Source of the DNA: Methanofastidiosum sp.
GTDB taxonomy: Archaea > Methanobacteriota_B > Thermococci > Methanofastidiosales > Methanofastidiosaceae
NCBI GenBank assembly: GCA_039679445.1
Contig: JBDKUY010000005.1
Location: forward strand, 2,210 to 66,209
Direction of reading: 5' to 3'
DNA: 64,000 nucleotides
In this document: piece after piece, positions 58,882 through 64,000 of the stretch
Position numbering within the stretch: the first letter of the stretch is position 1
Layout of the letters: the number at the start of each line of letters is the position of its first letter
Notes under the pieces: model-generated
Databases searched by the model: none
What the model was told of the DNA's origin: nothing
The model's input: only the letters and a program-made list of their open reading frames with translations
Translations under genes and position numbers: made by a program

Positions 58882-59084
58882 AAGATCTTACAATTCCATA
58901 TATAATCGTTGGAGCATTGATATATATCCAAGGAATAAGGGTTTATTTTGCAGGGGACTTTATTTCAATGATTATTTACACTTCTTTTGCTTGGGTATTA
59001 TTCCTGATGGCATTTTTTTCGTATAAGAAGAAGAAAAAGCCAAAAGACACAGATATCCTAGGGGAACCATTTATTACTGGGTGA
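58878..59084 (+). CDS. Small 2-TM protein with poly-Lys tail
   Basis: ATGA overlap with previous gene, RBS GAGGAAGG, SYKKKKKP. Confidence 0.6.
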   Translation: MKDLTIPYIIVGALIYIQGIRVYFAGDFISMIIYTSFAWVLFLMAFFSYKKKKKPKDTDILGEPFITG

Positions 59085-59161
59085 GATGTTTCACAAATAT
59101 TTAATATTTTTAAAAGTCAATACTTTTATATATAATTAAATAAAGTTGGTGCTGTGATATA

Positions 59162-60694
59162 ATGAAACTCCATTTAAATGCCGAGTATCTCCTGAGCAAA
59201 CCACTAACAGGGGACGGAGTTCAAAAAGTAAAGAAGTATCTTGCTGAAGAAACTAAGGAATTATTAACTAAAGGGGTACCTAAAGACAAACTTTCAGAAT
59301 CTCCAAAAATAATTGACTCAAATATATCAAATGACACAATCTTAATTACTATTGAAAGTGGCACATATGTTAGATCACATGCAGTTGCCATAAGACTAAA
59401 GAACGCTCTGTCTTTACTTCTTGGAAAGGAGTTTAAAGTTGGGATTAAAAAAGTTGTGGCAAAAAGTTATACTCTCACACTCGAACTTGAAAAAATTCCA
59501 AAAGATCCCATTAAGATACCTTTTGTCGATAAAATATCTATCGAAGGCGCCAATGCAATTTTATCTTTAAAGAATTTGGATGAAGATTTCCTTACTAAAA
59601 ATCATGTTGACCGTATCATTAATTTGTTTTATGAAAAAGTTGAAACCCAGTTTTGGGGCGGCAAGGGTGAGCACTGGGAATTGATTTCAAAGAGTGAAAG
59701 CATAGAACCTTTGACTACAAAAGACCCAACACTAGAATTATTGGCTTTAGGATGGCTAAAACAAGGGCCAAGTCAAGGCCAATGGTTTTATCATGCCCCA
59801 GTTGCAGCACTGCTTCGGACAATGGAAAGAATCGCAGTTGAAGAAGTTTTAAAGCCATTAGGATTCATTGAAGTCATTGCTCCGAAACTTGTTCCTTTTG
59901 AAATTTGGGAAAAGACAGGCCATTTATCTGGCAGTGAACCAGAAATTTATTATGTTTCCCCCCCTATTTCTAGGGATGTTTCTGTATGGGAAGAAGTAAT
60001 TGACCTATACAAAATAACAAAAAAGGCCTATGTTGATAAGATAAGAGAAAGGATGAGAGACCCCATAGGCGGAATGACATATGCGCAGTGCCCTCCAATG
60101 TACTGGGCTTTTGATGGAAAGACTATTGATGATTCAGAATTTCCAGTATTAATCTATGATAAAAGTGGCCCCTCTTATAGGTGGGAAGCCGGTGGGAGAC
60201 AAGGTATAGAACGAGTAAATGAATTCTGGAGGATAGAACCTGTATTTATTGGATATCCAGACCAGTTAATTGGACTTAAAGAGAAGATGATGGAAAGATA
60301 TGCCTATGTCTTCGATAAAATATTCGAGATTGAATGGAGAACAGCGTGGGTAACACCTTTTTATATGGCACAGTCAGGACAGACAGGAATTGAAAAAGAA
60401 ACTGAGAGAATTAAGGGGACTGTGGATTATGAATCCTGGATTCCTTCAAGGGGCAGTAGAGAAGAGAGTGAATGGCTGGAATTCCAGAATCTTTCTATAG
60501 TTGGGGATAAGTATACTAAAGCTTTCTCCATTAAATCTTCAAAAAACAAGGAGTTGTGGTCTGGCTGTTCCGGGATAGGGCTTCAAAGGTGGACAGTATC
60601 TTTCTTGGCCCAAAAGGGACTTGATTCCGACAAATGGCCTAAAGAATTCAAAAAATATTTAGGAGAATTCCCAAAAAATATCAAGTTTGTTTAA
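59162..60694 (+). CDS. serS: Methanogen-type (type 2) seryl-tRNA synthetase
   Basis: Large N-terminal domain with IESG.YVRSH; YAQCPP, SGPSYRWEAGG, ERVNEFWRIE, WLEFQN, WSGCSGIG. Confidence 0.9.
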   Translation: MKLHLNAEYLLSKPLTGDGVQKVKKYLAEETKELLTKGVPKDKLSESPKIIDSNISNDTILITIESGTYVRSHAVAIRLKNALSLLLGKEFKVGIKKVVAKSYTLTLELEKIPKDPIKIPFVDKISIEGANAILSLKNLDEDFLTKNHVDRIINLFYEKVETQFWGGKGEHWELISKSESIEPLTTKDPTLELLALGWLKQGPSQGQWFYHAPVAALLRTMERIAVEEVLKPLGFIEVIAPKLVPFEIWEKTGHLSGSEPEIYYVSPPISRDVSVWEEVIDLYKITKKAYVDKIRERMRDPIGGMTYAQCPPMYWAFDGKTIDDSEFPVLIYDKSGPSYRWEAGGRQGIERVNEFWRIEPVFIGYPDQLIGLKEKMMERYAYVFDKIFEIEWRTAWVTPFYMAQSGQTGIEKETERIKGTVDYESWIPSRGSREESEWLEFQNLSIVGDKYTKAFSIKSSKNKELWSGCSGIGLQRWTVSFLAQKGLDSDKWPKEFKKYLGEFPKNIKFV

Positions 60695-61862
60695 TCTCTT
60701 CTTTTTTTTCTATTTTAAGATAAATTAAAAAAACATCTATTAAGGCAAAGGCGGCAAGCATATAGAAAGCAGCCCTCCATGTCAAAACATCAGCAATATA
60801 CCCTCCAACTGAAACTGCAAAAGATCCAAAGCCAAATATACAAAGAGAACTAAATCCATAAAGCAGACCGCGTATTTTTGTACTGCCCATTGATGCGGTA
60901 AGCATATTTTGTGCAGGTTGAGCGGCGAAATATGAGAATCCCATTATAATTGAAAAAATTAAAAATATAATTGCACTTGTGGTATTAGCAATAAGAGCAA
61001 TAGAAATTGAACTAATTGCTGTGAAAGCAAGAAGCGGTTTTTTGTAACCAAGTTTGTCAGATATTTTTCCACCAAGTATTTGTCCTGGCATACCAGACAC
61101 TATCAGTATTGTTGTGATTAAACCACCTATTAAAACTTTAAGTGATAAAACGTCTTTTGCAAAAGTAGTCAATAATAGAACTGTTCCAGTGTAAAACAAT
61201 CCTCTAAACAAAAGGATTAATATGTATAATATAAAATCTTTAGAAACTAATTTTCTTGTTTCTTGTATGTAGCTATAATTGCCCCCGCCTTCTTCTTTTA
61301 CATAATCTTTGATCTTTGAATCTTTTATGGAAAAGCTCACAAACAATAATACTAATATTGGAATGCACCATAATAGGTAAGGATATTTCCATCCGATATA
61401 TACCCCAACAGCAGCAGCTATTATGGGCGAAGAAGCTTCACCCAAGTTTCCAAGTAAACCATTGAATCCCATTGCTTTACCCATATCTTTTTGATAAAGT
61501 CGGGATACAAGAGAAAGACCGGCAGGATGATAAGTCCCCGCACCGATACCTAATAATAAGAGAGAAATCCACAGAGTGAGAGGTCCTTTCGATAAATAAA
61601 TTCCTGCTATTGATACAAGAAATAGAGTTAGTCCAATTCTAATTATTTTTAAAGACCCTATCCTATCCGATATAAGGCCTGAAGGCAAGGCCAATGCACC
61701 ATACATAAGAAATGAGATAAAAGCAAAAGATGCAGTTTCAGCATTGGTAAGGCCTAAGTCCGTTCTAATCAAAGGCAGAAGAGATGCAAGAGTTAAAGTC
61801 ATTGCATGTGTAACAGTATGTGAAAAAGAAGCAAAATATAAGATTCTTTTTTTAGAAATCAT
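60681..61862 (-). CDS. MFS transporter
   Basis: About 12 TM, GLISDRIG, YHPAG, GKISDKLG. Confidence 0.9.
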   Translation of the reverse strand: MISKKRILYFASFSHTVTHAMTLTLASLLPLIRTDLGLTNAETASFAFISFLMYGALALPSGLISDRIGSLKIIRIGLTLFLVSIAGIYLSKGPLTLWISLLLLGIGAGTYHPAGLSLVSRLYQKDMGKAMGFNGLLGNLGEASSPIIAAAVGVYIGWKYPYLLWCIPILVLLFVSFSIKDSKIKDYVKEEGGGNYSYIQETRKLVSKDFILYILILLFRGLFYTGTVLLLTTFAKDVLSLKVLIGGLITTILIVSGMPGQILGGKISDKLGYKKPLLAFTAISSISIALIANTTSAIIFLIFSIIMGFSYFAAQPAQNMLTASMGSTKIRGLLYGFSSLCIFGFGSFAVSVGGYIADVLTWRAAFYMLAAFALIDVFLIYLKIEKKEEIKQT

Positions 61863-61899
61863 ATAAATTAATTAAAATAATATATTAAAAAAGTTGTGT

Positions 61900-62016
61900 T
61901 TAGCTTCTGAGTGCTGGATAATACTTCTCTTTTTTCCTCTTCTTGAAATTGACCTTCTGAGGATATGCTCCACTTTTCTTGACGCTCCTCAAAAGATTTT
62001 TGATTCTTCTCTTCAT
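61900..62016 (-). CDS. 38-aa highly basic micro-protein (MKRRIKNLLRSVKKSGAYPQKVNFKKRKKEKYYPALRS)
   Basis: Manual translation; RBS AAGGTGAG and BRE/TATA (AAAAAG-TTTTATAA, about 62064-62051) upstream. Confidence 0.6.
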   Translation of the reverse strand: MKRRIKNLLRSVKKSGAYPQKVNFKKRKKEKYYPALRS

Positions 62017-62154
62017 GAACTCACCTTTTTCTTAAAGCCTTTTCATTGCCTTATAAAACTTTTTATTAAAATATCGCGAATTAGATCATTTTATGCTCTA
62101 AGAGATATTTTCTATAATCTTAAGGCTTATAAATCTTCTTTTTATTCCTTTTTC

Positions 62155-62826
62155 ATGGGCCGAGTTTCAGTAGTTATCCCTTCATTCAACGTAGAGAGAA
62201 GCATTCATGAGGTAGTAGAAAGAATACCAAAAGATATCTTTGAAAAAATAGTTGTGGATGATGGAAGCAGAGACAGAACTGGAGAGATGGCCAAAAAAGC
62301 AGGTGCAAAAGTTGTAACTCATGATGTTAATTATGGTAAAGGGAGGGCAATGAGAACTGGAGCCTCGATAGCAAAAGGAGATATTATTGTTTTTCTTGAT
62401 GCGGATCTTCAACATAGACCAGAAGATATTTATAAACTTGTTGAGCCTATCCAAAAGGATAGGGCAGATATCACAATAGGCTCAAGATTTTTAGGAAATA
62501 CAAAGACCATGCCATTTGTTAGGAAGATATCAAACTTTATTTCAACTGCTTTGATAAGATTATTTTTTGGCATTAATATACGGGATACTCAATCGGGATA
62601 TAGGGCCATCAAGAGAGAATTTTTAGAGAAGATGCATTTAGAATCAGAAAGATACAATATAGAAACAGAAGTTTTGTCTTATGTGAGAAAGTTTCATATG
62701 AGGGTTGAAGAAGTACCGATTGAAACGATTTATGGAGATGAAAAATCTCATTTCACTGCTTTAGACATCCCAAAATTTATTTATCTGTTATTCTATCTTA
62801 AATTTCACGAAATGAGAAAGAAATAA
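62155..62826 (+). CDS. GT2 glycosyltransferase (dolichol-P sugar synthase-like)
   Basis: VVIPSFN, VVDDGS.D, GKG.A, DADLQH, GSRF, DTQSGYR; start at ATG 62155. Confidence 0.9.
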   Translation: MGRVSVVIPSFNVERSIHEVVERIPKDIFEKIVVDDGSRDRTGEMAKKAGAKVVTHDVNYGKGRAMRTGASIAKGDIIVFLDADLQHRPEDIYKLVEPIQKDRADITIGSRFLGNTKTMPFVRKISNFISTALIRLFFGINIRDTQSGYRAIKREFLEKMHLESERYNIETEVLSYVRKFHMRVEEVPIETIYGDEKSHFTALDIPKFIYLLFYLKFHEMRKK

Positions 62827-62850
62827 ATACTAATAATATAGGTGTTCGCC

Positions 62851-63807
62851 ATGGGCAATAGATTAGAGATTATAACCAGAAATGCTGAAGAAGTTGTAAC
62901 AGAAGAAGAGCTACTTGAGCTATTGAATACTAAAAATGAGCCGGTATGCTACTGTGGTTATGAAACTTCAGGTGATGTTCATCTTGGTCATCTTGTGACA
63001 ATGTCAAAATTGAAAGATATGGAGAAGGCTGGCTTTAAAGTAAAAGTTTTATTTGCAGATTGGCACACGTGGCTCAATAGAAAAGGGGACTGGGAATGGA
63101 TACACGAGCAGACCTCAATATGGGAAGAGACCTTTAAATCATTTGGATTAAAGTCCGCTGAATATGTATTGGGATCCTCTTTTGAAAGATCATTAGAGTA
63201 TATTGATGATGTATTCAATCTATCTTTAGATACAACTATTAATAGGGCCCTTAGAAGTATGCAGGTAATCGCAAGAGATATTGAACATGCAAGAGTGTCC
63301 CAGGTTCTATACCCATTCTTACAGATTGTAGATATAAAATACTTAGGAGTAGATGTGGCTATTGGAGGAATTGAGCAGAGGAAGATCCATATGCTCGGTA
63401 GAGAGCTTTCTTCAAATATAAACTATAAGTCATTTGTGTGTCTACATACCCCGCTTATTTCTTCACTGACAGGCCCTGGCGACAAAATGAGTTCTTCAAA
63501 ACCTGAAAGCATGATTTCAGTTAGGGATGAAGAACAAGCTATCAAGGAAAAAATTAATAAGGCTTATTGCCCTATGGGGGTAAAGGAGGAGAATCCTCTA
63601 CTTCAAATAGCCCGTCTTATACTCTTTCCAAAGATTACCGGTGCTTTTGAAATAAAAAGATCGGAAAAATACGGGGGCAACGTAGAGTTTGATTCATACG
63701 ACTCACTTGAAAGGGCTTACTTATCAAAGGAAGTCCATCCAATGGATTTGAAGAAATCCGTTATTGATTATCTTGTTGAAATTATAAGTGAGATAAGGTC
63801 TATATAG
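62851..63807 (+). CDS. tyrS: Tyrosyl-tRNA synthetase
   Basis: YCGYE.SG.VHLGH, ADWH, YP.LQ..DI, GG.EQRK.HM, KMSSS, HPMDLK. Confidence 0.96.
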   Translation: MGNRLEIITRNAEEVVTEEELLELLNTKNEPVCYCGYETSGDVHLGHLVTMSKLKDMEKAGFKVKVLFADWHTWLNRKGDWEWIHEQTSIWEETFKSFGLKSAEYVLGSSFERSLEYIDDVFNLSLDTTINRALRSMQVIARDIEHARVSQVLYPFLQIVDIKYLGVDVAIGGIEQRKIHMLGRELSSNINYKSFVCLHTPLISSLTGPGDKMSSSKPESMISVRDEEQAIKEKINKAYCPMGVKEENPLLQIARLILFPKITGAFEIKRSEKYGGNVEFDSYDSLERAYLSKEVHPMDLKKSVIDYLVEIISEIRSI

Positions 63808-63817
63808 GAGGGATTAT

Positions 63818-64000
63818 CTGAAATATCAACCTAGAAATACTGGTGATGAGGAACAGGTCCAGAGAACGAGAACTCCTCAAAAGGGAGAAGTATTGGGCGT
63901 TGTCGATCAGATGCTTGGTGCAGGCAGAATGAAAGTTAGGTGTACAGATGGAAAAGAGAGGATTTGCTCTGTTCCAGGGAAATTTAAGAGAAGACTGTGG
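63818..64000 (+). CDS. eif1a: Translation initiation factor aIF1A, 5' part (runs off the window; probable CTG start)
   Basis: Manual translation (L)KYQPRNTGDEEQVQRTRTPQKGEVLGVVDQMLGAGRMKVRCTDGKERICSVPGKFKRRLW. Confidence 0.9.
   Translation, partial: MKYQPRNTGDEEQVQRTRTPQKGEVLGVVDQMLGAGRMKVRCTDGKERICSVPGKFKRRLW

Noticed and set aside
62032-62046. MKRL* mini-ORF as a uORF of the basic micro-protein
   Set aside because: It lies between the TATA box and the expected TSS, so it is probably not transcribed
61894-62154. 87-aa N-terminal extension of the GT2 ORF
   Set aside because: GT2 similarity begins at ATG 62155; the extension overlaps promoters and an opposite-strand micro-gene
1245-63218. 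Many 60-170 aa ORFs antisense to or nested in recognised genes (e.g. 1330-1635, 9415-9918, 50550-51005, 55315-55785)
   Set aside because: Shadow ORFs of well-supported genes, with no RBS or recognisable motifs

Overview
Archaeal chromosomal window with euryarchaeal gene content: aIF2 alpha/gamma, aIF1A, PCNA, GINS, KEOPS, Nop10, form III RuBisCO, a methanogen-type SerRS and Thermococci-like S-layer proteins. This suggests Ca. Methanofastidiosum or a relative, which is an inference. It holds about 80 CDS and two tRNAs (Phe-GAA, Thr-CGT). Main loci are a probable cobalamin-uptake locus (S-layer protein, DUF4430, ECF-CbrT), rtcA-rtcB, a beta-CASP nuclease fused to a PLD-like domain, a wtpABC/Moco operon and housekeeping translation/replication clusters. 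Three genes are disrupted (TrmO, an ABC binding protein, TMEM175). No CRISPR array, integrase or transposase was seen. Signals the ORF track misses: (1) a palindromic operator GGATGG-N5-CCATCC next to three TATA boxes, linking the B12-uptake genes to an unannotated operon of three micro-proteins, two of them Cys4 zinc fingers; (2) five genes that appear to start at non-canonical codons (ATT, ATA, CTG, possibly ACG), including aIF1A itself; (3) paired ModE-type boxes; (4) further small unannotated genes. All family assignments are from motif recognition, not database searches.
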